In this document: positions 40,718 to 48,688 of the stretch, one piece after another
Layout of the letters: each line of letters opens with the position of its first letter
How positions within the stretch are numbered: position 1 is the stretch's first letter
Virus record (IMG/VR): IMGVR_UViG_3300034190_002401
Coordinates: 1 to 64,000 of that record
DNA length: 64,000 bases
Strand: one strand, 5' to 3'
Origin: a virus
The notes under the pieces: model-generated
The model's input: only the letters and a program-made list of their open reading frames with translations
Databases searched by the model: none
Told to the model about the DNA's origin: nothing
Position numbers and translations under genes: made by a program

Positions 40718-41355
40718 TAGTTATCGCCACTACCCTTCGTATATCTAAGGTCTGGCGTTCCGTCCTTCTTCAAACGGACATTATTCGATGATATGTCTCT
40801 AGGCGGAACTACTGATTCACGAACCATTTCATCAGCCAGAGAATCTAAGCCAAAACTTGTTGATTGAGTAACATTAGCGTTATGAGACGGAGGTTTTGAT
40901 GTGTTAAATAGGTCAACTCCTAATCCTGAGATACCGGATTGACTGTTAGACATCATGGAAGGGGGCATCTTACCGGGATTCTGCTGCATCCAAAGCAGTT
41001 CCTTCTCCAACTGCATCTCCTGCATTCGTAGTTCCATGTCCGCTCTACGCTGGTCGTAACTGAATTGCTGCTCTCTGAAACGGTAGTCCCTCTGCCTCTG
41101 CATCTCTGACATTCTAACTCGCTCTTGCATCTGTTCTTCAAAGAACATCTTGAACAAGTAATACGCTAGAATCTGAATTGCTAACGCTCCCATAGCGTAT
41201 GTCATTCCGTTGACATACTGATTTGCATTCTCTCCACCGGGCAACCACAATCCGGCATCGTAGATACCTATTGCGACTCCCACTAGAGCCGACTGAGTTA
41301 GTATCAACCCAGTCAATCTCATTTCTGATTTATCCGAAGGGTCTTGTCTGCTCAT
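40717..41355 (-). CDS. 2-TM plus coiled-coil membrane protein
   Basis: Two hydrophobic helices, then E/Q/R coiled coil; start at ATG after GAGGT SD. Confidence 0.7.
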   Translation of the reverse strand: MSRQDPSDKSEMRLTGLILTQSALVGVAIGIYDAGLWLPGGENANQYVNGMTYAMGALAIQILAYYLFKMFFEEQMQERVRMSEMQRQRDYRFREQQFSYDQRRADMELRMQEMQLEKELLWMQQNPGKMPPSMMSNSQSGISGLGVDLFNTSKPPSHNANVTQSTSFGLDSLADEMVRESVVPPRDISSNNVRLKKDGTPDLRYTKGSGDN

Positions 41356-41409
41356 CTTAGTGACCTCTAGAAAGACCCCACGAGGGTGGCTATCATAAGC
41401 CTTCTGCAC

Positions 41410-42438
41410 CTAATTCAGTGTCTGGTAAAGATTAGAACCCGGATAATTAGTATAATAATCAGGTTTCTTCGGAGTAATAGATGACGATTGATATTGTTCG
41501 GTAATATCACCACGAGCATCTCTGAAAGATGGTTTTTGCTGACCAGCAGTATACATGACTGCCTCTTGGCCATACTTCGCTGCCAACTCCAGAAGTTTGG
41601 CCTGTTGCTCTGGGTTTACTCTAGGTATGGTGAATGAGGGTTCTGTGTCTCCCCCCTCTGTCCATTTAGAACCCCCCTCGGCTGATATTATGTCTGGTAG
41701 TTTAAGCCCCGCTAGTTCTGCAAGCATTTGATTACTCAACCCTTCTGCTCTTTTCCTACCCACGGTTGTTGCTCCCGGTTTAGTGCCTATGGTCATGGTG
41801 GGGTACTTGTGAGGTCGATGTGCACCCTCTATTTTAGAGGGGGAAAACTCAGAAAGAGTAGTCTGCTTTGATTTTATCACTCTCAAAGTCCCTTTGTCTT
41901 TGAAGTGTCTAGCCCTGTTCGCGTGCTCCCCCTCTAACGTGAGCCTCCCACCTTGTGTGTGACTGACATCCTTACGATTGTGAGACCCGTAGATGCCTCG
42001 TCGTCTTCTTTCCCTATTGAGTTCTTCACGGTACTTCACACGTTCAGGGCTGGACTCGTATTTTGTGTCATATTCCTTCTTATGACGCTGGGCTTCTGGT
42101 GATAACTCCCTTGCTTTGAGGACTGCAACCCCCTTAACAATCGTCGGTTTCCCACCAATCCCCTGTTTCTTGGCTCTTTTGCGTTTTGTGGCTGACCTTT
42201 TCTGTCCACTTGACATCGAACCAGAAGTCTTTGGAGTTTTGTCTGAAACTTTCACCGATGGCCTGCACTTCGGGTATCCTTTTCCAGACAATTTTGCTTT
42301 CCCCCTCCCGCATGGTGGGTGTTTCCCATCCTTGTCCTTTCTCGATACGTCTACCCACTTCTCCTTGAACCATCGGTTCAGGTTCTTTACCACTAACGTA
42401 TTGTGGCAGGTGCAGCGGGAGTCTGAATCGGTACTCAT
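41410..42438 (-). CDS. Three-module basic protein (DUF5872-like / HNH-like / DUF3293-like)
   Basis: LNRWFKEKWVD..CGR..YPKCRP; KDVSH..NRAR; EPSF..LAAKYGQEAV (family names from memory). Confidence 0.55.
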   Translation of the reverse strand: MSTDSDSRCTCHNTLVVKNLNRWFKEKWVDVSRKDKDGKHPPCGRGKAKLSGKGYPKCRPSVKVSDKTPKTSGSMSSGQKRSATKRKRAKKQGIGGKPTIVKGVAVLKARELSPEAQRHKKEYDTKYESSPERVKYREELNRERRRRGIYGSHNRKDVSHTQGGRLTLEGEHANRARHFKDKGTLRVIKSKQTTLSEFSPSKIEGAHRPHKYPTMTIGTKPGATTVGRKRAEGLSNQMLAELAGLKLPDIISAEGGSKWTEGGDTEPSFTIPRVNPEQQAKLLELAAKYGQEAVMYTAGQQKPSFRDARGDITEQYQSSSITPKKPDYYTNYPGSNLYQTLN

Positions 42439-42626
42439 TTCTTCTTACCTTTCCCTCGAAACTTTCCCCTGCAATATTGTACAGCCCATCCATTAGCATA
42501 GGCAGACGGATAGACCTTGAACTTTCTTTTTGCAGCGGCTTTACCTGCTGGACAGAGTTTCTTTTCAAGTGTGTCCCATGCACCATTCATACCGACGCAA
42601 TGACCACAATCACAAGAACCTATCAT
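42435..42626 (-). CDS. Small basic protein of the marine-virus 'YPSAYANG' type
   Basis: KAAAKRKFKVYPSAYANGWAVQYC. Confidence 0.65.
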   Translation of the reverse strand: MIGSCDCGHCVGMNGAWDTLEKKLCPAGKAAAKRKFKVYPSAYANGWAVQYCRGKFRGKGKKK

Positions 42627-42799
42627 ATCACAAACACCATTTTAGTAATTTTATCAGCGGCTTTTCTCTGAGCATACAGTAAACTGTAGCAGGGACATCG
42701 AGGTGGGGTCATTGAGCATTTCATCACTCCCTTTTCCATGCATTTGCATGGATTCTTCTTATTTCCACCACAACAACAACTATCTCTTTTCAATGCCAT
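42623..42799 (-). CDS. Cys-rich small protein
   Basis: 8 Cys in about 30 aa; TGATG-coupled start. Confidence 0.55.
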   Translation of the reverse strand: MALKRDSCCCGGNKKNPCKCMEKGVMKCSMTPPRCPCYSLLYAQRKAADKITKMVFVI

Positions 42800-43578
42800 C
42801 AGCAGTTCCACCTCTTCAGTGCTGCACCCTTTGGTGTGAGTTTGCCGTCCTTGCTGGTAGGACCTTTACTCCCACCCATGCGAGCGCAGAAGGACTTTCT
42901 TCTCTTCGCCTTTTTACTACCCGGTTTGAGTTTGGATGGTTTTGTCGTGACCGGGGGTTTGAGGTTCGCACCGGTTTCTCTCTTGAACTTGGCACGCCCC
43001 TTTGCGTTCAGACCGCCCTTCTTGTGATGCCTCTTCGGGTTGTATCCGTGAAACGGCTTGGATTTCTTCTTGGCCTTCTCGAAATAGTCCTCAATCAGAG
43101 TGCCGAATGCCTGTGTGGAAGGAGAACAGCAGTCACAAGTCGCTGTGACTTGCACGTAAGCGTCTGATTTCATCGTCATGGGGGCTAGATTGGCCCTAGG
43201 AATGCCTCCACTCCTCACATTACTTTCAGTACCACTGAAAATACCACCGCTAGGCTCTGGTTGTGCGACTGGGTTAGCCAGTCCTCCACCCCTCACGCCT
43301 ACTACACCCACATTGCTCTGAGGCAGACCGAACTTTTTGGCCCTTTCTAATGCGAACTGGTACGCTAGTTCTGGATTGTCGGTTGTGTAGGACACCCTGT
43401 CCTCATTCCTGAGGCTGGGTGGGACGTAGTGTTTCGAGCGTTTTTTCGGGTCTCCACCCATGATTCCTTGGTCGAGAACGCCCTGCATGTCGATTGTTCC
43501 GTGGTACTCACTGACTGGACCAAGGCTGCTGGGAAAATCAGAGTGGAACTCACCGAGTTCTGTCTGTCTGCTTACCAT
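42799..43578 (-). CDS. ADP-ribosyltransferase-like domain fused to basic DUF6321-like domain
   Basis: YHGT..VLDQGI..YTTDNPELAYQFA; GGLNAKGRA..RRKSFCARM..RWNC. Confidence 0.55.
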   Translation of the reverse strand: MVSRQTELGEFHSDFPSSLGPVSEYHGTIDMQGVLDQGIMGGDPKKRSKHYVPPSLRNEDRVSYTTDNPELAYQFALERAKKFGLPQSNVGVVGVRGGGLANPVAQPEPSGGIFSGTESNVRSGGIPRANLAPMTMKSDAYVQVTATCDCCSPSTQAFGTLIEDYFEKAKKKSKPFHGYNPKRHHKKGGLNAKGRAKFKRETGANLKPPVTTKPSKLKPGSKKAKRRKSFCARMGGSKGPTSKDGKLTPKGAALKRWNC

Positions 43579-43590
43579 GAATAGCCCTCC

Positions 43591-44136
43591 TTAGAGTCTC
43601 TGTGGAGGACTCCTTCGCTCGATTGGCGAGTTTTGTCGATTCACCTGTGATAGAATCTCATTTATCGCATTCCGGTAGTAGTCTGTGGCTTCCGGTGGTG
43701 CTTCTCTACGTGGAGGACTTGGGTCTGGCTTCTTGTCCATGGGGTTGGGCATCTCGAACAGGTCTGGCCTTTCTCTCTTGAGTTGCTCTTGGTCTATGTG
43801 TAGACCTGCATTAAGTTTTTCTTCCAAGTCTTCTCTTTCTGGAGAATGGTCGAGGTAGTCATATTTAGACTCAAAAAAGTCCCCTCTATGCATCTTTTCT
43901 TCATCCGGTATAAGTGGTAGACCATATTCGTCAAAGTTCTCGTTTTCTCTGCTCAGAGGCCTGCCCATTGCGTCTATGAGAGGCTCGCCCGGCTCGAACT
44001 TGAGGAACTCCCATGCTTTCTTCATGGCTTTCTCGTCTGGTTTCGAGGTTTCAGTAGGCTTCTTGGGCATCTTAGGGCCGACAGCGATAACCAGTGTCAT
44101 CCCTGCTTTCTTACCCTTGTCCTTCATACATATCAC
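43591..44136 (-). CDS. Hypothetical protein with AWEFLK motif
   Basis: Coupled ORF. Confidence 0.6.
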   Translation of the reverse strand: MICMKDKGKKAGMTLVIAVGPKMPKKPTETSKPDEKAMKKAWEFLKFEPGEPLIDAMGRPLSRENENFDEYGLPLIPDEEKMHRGDFFESKYDYLDHSPEREDLEEKLNAGLHIDQEQLKRERPDLFEMPNPMDKKPDPSPPRREAPPEATDYYRNAINEILSQVNRQNSPIERRSPPQRL

Positions 44137-44678
44137 TGGTTATTTCTCTGCTCTGGTATCTGAGGGGCGGAAACTCCTATTTTTGATGGTGCGCTGTCCC
44201 TACCGGTCATACCGGTGTTCATGGCATTCATGTCCCTCATGTGCTCTACAAAGTACTCTTGAGCGATATCAGAACTCAATTGGTGCTCATCATCATCCAT
44301 TCCCTGCTCTACCGCAGACAAACCGGGGATGATGCCTAGTTTGTTCATGTAGTGATGTAGTATCTGCTGCTCCTTCTCGTTCCTAGGCTTGTGGTCATCG
44401 AAGATAGTGCCACCATGTGCGTCGAAGTCAGCCTGAGCCTGCTCGAACTCATCCAATTCAGGACCATCCGAGTAGTCCTCGTACTCATCTCTGTACGATT
44501 TCCTGAGTGTGTTGTAGTCGTATTGTAGTTTGAGGGCGGCCTTTCTCATGACATAGGCCTTCTTCATCTCGCCGCCGCAGCCCATCTTCTGCATGCAGTG
44601 TGCTTTTTTCATGCCGCATCCGGGGCACTTCTCATTGTCTGCTTTCAATAGAGTCCATGCTGTGTCAAATGCGCTCAT
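44133..44678 (-). CDS. Hypothetical protein with N-terminal AFDTAWTLLKA motif
   Basis: GAAGGAG SD; motif at N-terminus. Confidence 0.7.
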   Translation of the reverse strand: MSAFDTAWTLLKADNEKCPGCGMKKAHCMQKMGCGGEMKKAYVMRKAALKLQYDYNTLRKSYRDEYEDYSDGPELDEFEQAQADFDAHGGTIFDDHKPRNEKEQQILHHYMNKLGIIPGLSAVEQGMDDDEHQLSSDIAQEYFVEHMRDMNAMNTGMTGRDSAPSKIGVSAPQIPEQRNNQ

Positions 44679-44684
44679 ATTCTT

Positions 44685-44924
44685 CTATCTCCTTCTGGAT
44701 ACTCTTACTAGGCCTGTCTGCCTACGCATCCTCGGACGTGTGTTACCCCTATCTAGGTTGCGTTTGTAGCGAGCCTTCGTCTTGCGATTCTTCGTCTTCC
44801 TCGCTAGACGCTGGACCTTGGCTTTAGCCCTCGCTTTTGGTCTATTTGAGATATATTGAGAGGTTTTCATCCCGAACTGACCCTTCTTGAGTGACTCGAA
44901 CGCCAAATCGAACTCAAACCCCAT
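44685..44924 (-). CDS. Small Arg/Lys-rich protein
   Basis: 79 aa, protamine-like body, FDLAFESLKK at N-terminus. Confidence 0.65.
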   Translation of the reverse strand: MGFEFDLAFESLKKGQFGMKTSQYISNRPKARAKAKVQRLARKTKNRKTKARYKRNLDRGNTRPRMRRQTGLVRVSRRR

Positions 44925-44947
44925 GATTGCAGCGTATAAGGCGACAC

Positions 44948-44957
44948 CATAATTAGT
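44948..44957. promoter_or_regulatory. Candidate bidirectional TATA element
   Basis: Palindromic TAATTA midway between divergent ATGs at 44924 and 44978. Confidence 0.5.
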
Positions 44958-44977
44958 TTCTGCTTCTCCGACGTGTT

Positions 44978-45328
44978 ATGGACTCGGATTACGACATTGA
45001 GAAGTTTCTTCCGGCTCTAGTCGCTGGATTGGCCAGAATAGGTCCAGCAGCGGCAAAATTAGGCTCAAAAGGCCTACAATCCGCTAAAAAAGTAGGTGTA
45101 GCGGCCAAAAACTCGAAAATGGGCCAAAATATGGCCAATTTAGCCGATAAAGGCAAGGAAATGAAGGAAACTTTGGATGCAGCGAAGGAAAGTCCGATGG
45201 GACAGGCCATGAGCAGCCTGCAAGAGGCAGCAGCACGAAATCAGCAGGATACAGCCAGAATGGAGCAAGAAGCACGTCAAAGGATGATGTCTGGTGCTTC
45301 CACTGGAAGTACAACCACTCGTTCTTAG
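44978..45328 (+). CDS. Amphipathic helical protein on the opposite strand
   Basis: 116 aa filling the gap between minus-strand genes. Confidence 0.7.
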   Translation: MDSDYDIEKFLPALVAGLARIGPAAAKLGSKGLQSAKKVGVAAKNSKMGQNMANLADKGKEMKETLDAAKESPMGQAMSSLQEAAARNQQDTARMEQEARQRMMSGASTGSTTTRS

Positions 45329-45516
45329 GTTCTCATGCCCTTGTAGCGTGCGTAAAGCATGCCTGCTTCCTCTTGAAGCCTCAAATCATCGGAGTTCATC
45401 ATCTTGAGGATAGTCCCAGTGATGAATTGGTCCTCTTTAGAGGTGAAATCTACCCCATTCTCCTGATGCTTGAGTAGAAGCCACGCCGCAGCGAAGGCGC
45501 TCTCGGATACTGTCAT
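45325..45516 (-). CDS. Small protein with AFAAAWLLLK motif
   Basis: TTATTAAA about 25 nt upstream; motif at N-terminus. Confidence 0.65.
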   Translation of the reverse strand: MTVSESAFAAAWLLLKHQENGVDFTSKEDQFITGTILKMMNSDDLRLQEEAGMLYARYKGMRT

Positions 45517-45592
45517 CGGGAATACTATGTATGGTGCTGCTTTAATAAGGGTTTAGTTAAAAGACCGTCTTTTGCTCGATGAAACGTCAGTT

Positions 45593-45712
45593 ATGGGTAT
45601 CAGCGAAGTTATTTTTGACAAGTTTAGAATGGTAGTGATTGATTTACTAATCAAAATAGGACTAACAGGTGTGGTTCTGCTGTTCGGAGTCAGTTGGTTA
45701 CTGTCCCTCTGA
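45593..45712 (+). CDS. 39-aa single-TM peptide
   Basis: MGISEVIFDKFRMVVIDLLIKIGLTGVVLLFGVSWLLSL; AT-rich element upstream. Confidence 0.45.
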   Translation: MGISEVIFDKFRMVVIDLLIKIGLTGVVLLFGVSWLLSL

Positions 45713-45988
45713 CCTTTTCTGCGCTTCCATGGCCTGCCTTGCCCTCTCAATCATGGATTTCTGGCCTTCTGAGTGAGTATTTCCGTCTCCCATGACGTTT
45801 CTCATGCTCATTCCGCTGGGTGCGCCACAGTTTTCGCACTGTGGGTTGCCGGGATTGAGACCCTGCTTGCAACTCTGGCAGAACATCGAGTCCATCGCCC
45901 GTGCGCCCATCGGGTCGTCAGGAGATGTGGGCATGATGTTTTTCAGAACAGCCCAAGACTTGTCGAAAGCGCCCATGTCCGAGCGCAA
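45698..45988 (-). CDS. Small zinc-ribbon protein with AFDKSWAVLK motif
   Basis: CQSC..CENC; likely start is the ATG of MGAFD. Confidence 0.65.
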   Translation of the reverse strand: MRSDMGAFDKSWAVLKNIMPTSPDDPMGARAMDSMFCQSCKQGLNPGNPQCENCGAPSGMSMRNVMGDGNTHSEGQKSMIERARQAMEAQKRSEGQ

Positions 45989-46168
45989 GGGGGGTCAGAA
46001 TAAAATCATTGCTGGTTTTTAGGTGCAGTCGATGCCATCTGCGTAGAAACATGAAAGAGTGTTGTCAATTTCGGAACAGGTTGAGAGATGACAAACAGAT
46101 GACACCGACCACGATGTATGATTACATGCATTCTACTTGTATGTTCTTACTCTCTTGGTCGAAAGGAT

Positions 46169-47098
46169 TTATGTCACAGCCACCTTGTCTTGCCAATCGA
46201 AAAGGCGATTGTCTATATTTCTTGAAACCGTATTTCTGTCACCGAACATCATACGTTGAGTTGCCTCATCATATTCCGGCTCATCCCCCATGAAGACAGG
46301 TGCGGACTCCTCGTCTCCGACATGCCAAGCCGATAGGTACGGGGTATCGCCCATTTGAGCCATTATCGCTTGATTTAGTTTATTCAACTCAGGTACTTGC
46401 CTAGCAGCAGAATCCAGTTTCTCGTTGAATCTCTGCCAAACGGGGGGACGACTAATCCTTGAACTTCGCTCAGGATGCAAGACGTAATCCACACCAGCAT
46501 TGGCGAGCAACTCATTCAAATTGTTCATTCTCATGTGGCCCGGAGAAGAAGTGTATGCGCTTTCCAGTTGCTGTGCCCTCTCCATGGCACTTGCTGGCGA
46601 TATGTTCGACCCCTCTGCCAATCTCTGTACGACAGGCGATTCGATATCATTCAACGGCCCTCCATGGTCAAACGCCCTCCTACCGAGATTCAACACGGAA
46701 TCGTCGTTGAATGACACTGGCATCTCGAAGCGACCTATCCGCCTTGGCTTCGCGGGGTCTCTCCATGCTTCGGAGTATTGCTGGGCGGTTATCCTCTGTG
46801 GGCTAAAGTACCTCTTTGGGTATTTGTCGCCTATCTTGAGTTCAGGCTCATCTTTCGACATAGACCTAAAGACGCTAGGGGTTCTAGCAGTCGGATACGT
46901 CGGTCTGTTGGTGATGTCCCGCATGGCTTCCCTGAGTATCCTACTGTATCTGTCCCTGTCGCTATCACTGGCAAGACTAGCGAGAAGGCCATAATCCACA
47001 GCCTTCAGCAGAGACCACGCTTGGTCGAAGGGCGTGCTGACAGGCGACTTGCCGATGCGTGCAGCCATGCTTTTACCGACAACGCCTCCTGCCAACAC
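46169..47098 (-). CDS. Protein with PFDQAWSLLKA motif and possible ART-like domain
   Basis: VFRSM..RYFSPQRITAQQYS resembles ART core strands. Confidence 0.55.
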   Translation of the reverse strand: MLAGGVVGKSMAARIGKSPVSTPFDQAWSLLKAVDYGLLASLASDSDRDRYSRILREAMRDITNRPTYPTARTPSVFRSMSKDEPELKIGDKYPKRYFSPQRITAQQYSEAWRDPAKPRRIGRFEMPVSFNDDSVLNLGRRAFDHGGPLNDIESPVVQRLAEGSNISPASAMERAQQLESAYTSSPGHMRMNNLNELLANAGVDYVLHPERSSRISRPPVWQRFNEKLDSAARQVPELNKLNQAIMAQMGDTPYLSAWHVGDEESAPVFMGDEPEYDEATQRMMFGDRNTVSRNIDNRLFDWQDKVAVT

Positions 47099-47190
47099 GC
47101 TAGAGGGGAGGGGGGCTGGATTATTGATTTTTTTCTGTAATTTTTTTTCGGGAAAGGGCCTTCCACCGAAAAAATGGTGCAGCGCTGTGT

Positions 47191-47289
47191 GCGACTAAAA
47201 GATGCGATTAACCGTTGCGATTAACATCGCCTCCGGCGATTAACCCTGCGATTAACCCCGCGATTAACTGTTTTCAGGGTGCGATTAAC
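47191..47289 (+). repeat. GCGATTAAC direct-repeat array (6 perfect, 1 degenerate)
   Basis: Copies at 47204, 47217, 47236, 47248, 47260 and 47281; GCGACTAAA at 47191. Confidence 0.95.
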
Positions 47290-47373
47290 TAGGCCACTGG
47301 GGATACAAGTATCCCAACACATGTGTGTACACACGTGAACGTACCGTTCCAAGGAACGGAACGTTTAGACTAG

Positions 47374-47390
47374 GGCTTTCCCATTTAAAG
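47374..47390 (+). promoter_or_regulatory. Early promoter copy 1 (GGCTTTCCCATTTAAAG)
   Basis: TTTAAA starts 26 nt before ATG 47410. Confidence 0.8.
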
Positions 47391-47409
47391 TCTCAACACA
47401 TGAGAGTCG

Positions 47410-48165
47410 ATGGCCAAGAAATCAGACATCCTAAGAAGCATAAAGACGACCGCCGAGTTCCTAGGGAACTCAGACAGACCTTCGGTCTGTACTCTCAGAG
47501 TAGACTCATTGTCTACTCTAAAGAGGAACACCAAAGGTGTTCAATACACAAGGAAAAGCCTTAGGGCTTTTGCCAAAGCAGTACTGACGGAACGTCAGTC
47601 CTTCAGAGAAGGTATCTACATCCTTAAGGATGTAAACATCAAGGCTCTGAAAGACTCTCAACTCGGAGAGTTGCTTTCGGCTACTAACCCCAATGGGGAT
47701 AGTAAGTATTACACCACAGTCCGAAGGATGACCTATCAGAACATCCTTGCTGATGCCATAGCATCAGCAGAAGAAGAAGATGAGCCTGAGGCAAAGCCTC
47801 AGAAGAAGACAACCAAGAAGGCTAGGAAGCCTAAGGCTTCCAAGAAGCCTAAACTCACACCTGTTGAAGAGGAACTCTTCGATGAGGATGGCAACCTTGA
47901 CCCTCAGCCAAAGGCTGAAGCAAAGCCAAAGGCTACCAAGCCAAAGGCTTCCAAGGTCAAGAAAGCAGTACCCAAAGGTACTGTCACCTTGACTGCCGTT
48001 ATCAACGGCAAGAAGAGAGAAGCCACACTGCCAAAGGCAGACTGGGAAGGAAGCAACCACTCCCAATGGGAGTTCAAGGCTGATTCCAGAGACATCCCTA
48101 CCAAAGGTAGGAGCAAGAAAGAACTTGCAGTGCTCGTTGGAGTCCATGACTCCATCTTCGAGTGA
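47410..48165 (+). CDS. First early gene; Lys/Pro/Ala-rich protein
   Basis: 251 aa, leaderless behind the promoter, KPKA repeats. Confidence 0.75.
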   Translation: MAKKSDILRSIKTTAEFLGNSDRPSVCTLRVDSLSTLKRNTKGVQYTRKSLRAFAKAVLTERQSFREGIYILKDVNIKALKDSQLGELLSATNPNGDSKYYTTVRRMTYQNILADAIASAEEEDEPEAKPQKKTTKKARKPKASKKPKLTPVEEELFDEDGNLDPQPKAEAKPKATKPKASKVKKAVPKGTVTLTAVINGKKREATLPKADWEGSNHSQWEFKADSRDIPTKGRSKKELAVLVGVHDSIFE

Positions 48166-48688
48166 ATCGAAGATTCCAACACACAAGTGTTCGGACATAC
48201 GTAAGTGTTGGAGAGTGAGTCTAACGACTCGCTCTTCAGCATGCCAACTGACCTGTGCTCCCACGTGTTAGAACACACACAGGTTGCCCCCCAAAAAAAA
48301 CGTCAAACTCCGAGAGGCATAGCCTCCCAGTGCTTTGGCTTATCAATGCCTAGCCTTCGGCTTAGGCTTCTTCTCCAGCACATACGTGTGTTGAACACGT
48401 GCTGGTATACATCTACACATATACGTATACGTGAATACGTGTTGCCTTTCCTGTGTGTTGGATACCTTTGGTATAACTATCCAACTGTCTAACTGTATTG
48501 TCTATACAATAGACTGTACATACATATATGTAGAGACTACAATGAAACTTGTATTCTTAGACACATGTATATTGTATGAATGAACCATCGGACTATTGAA
48601 CATGAGACACATCAACATGCACGCAGGAAGGAAATGGAATACGTATGATTGGAATCGTTTAACACTCATGCAATAGAATCAACTTCGT

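Larger units (their letters stand above)
47300..48236. repeat. Dense array of about 25 short perfect inverted repeats
   Basis: 5-9 bp stems with mostly 3-nt loops, listed in findings. Confidence 0.9.

Noticed and set aside
30-44827. Numerous plus-strand ORFs of 60-235 aa across the late arm
   Set aside because: They are antisense shadows of long, SD-led, coupled minus-strand genes and have no recognisable motifs
46009-46293. 94-aa plus-strand ORF
   Set aside because: It overlaps the 3' end of a minus-strand gene by about 125 bp and has no SD or motif; a shorter real ORF in the gap cannot be excluded
47191-47289. CRISPR array or mini-array
   Set aside because: Repeats are only 9 bp with 3-12 bp gaps, and there are no cas genes
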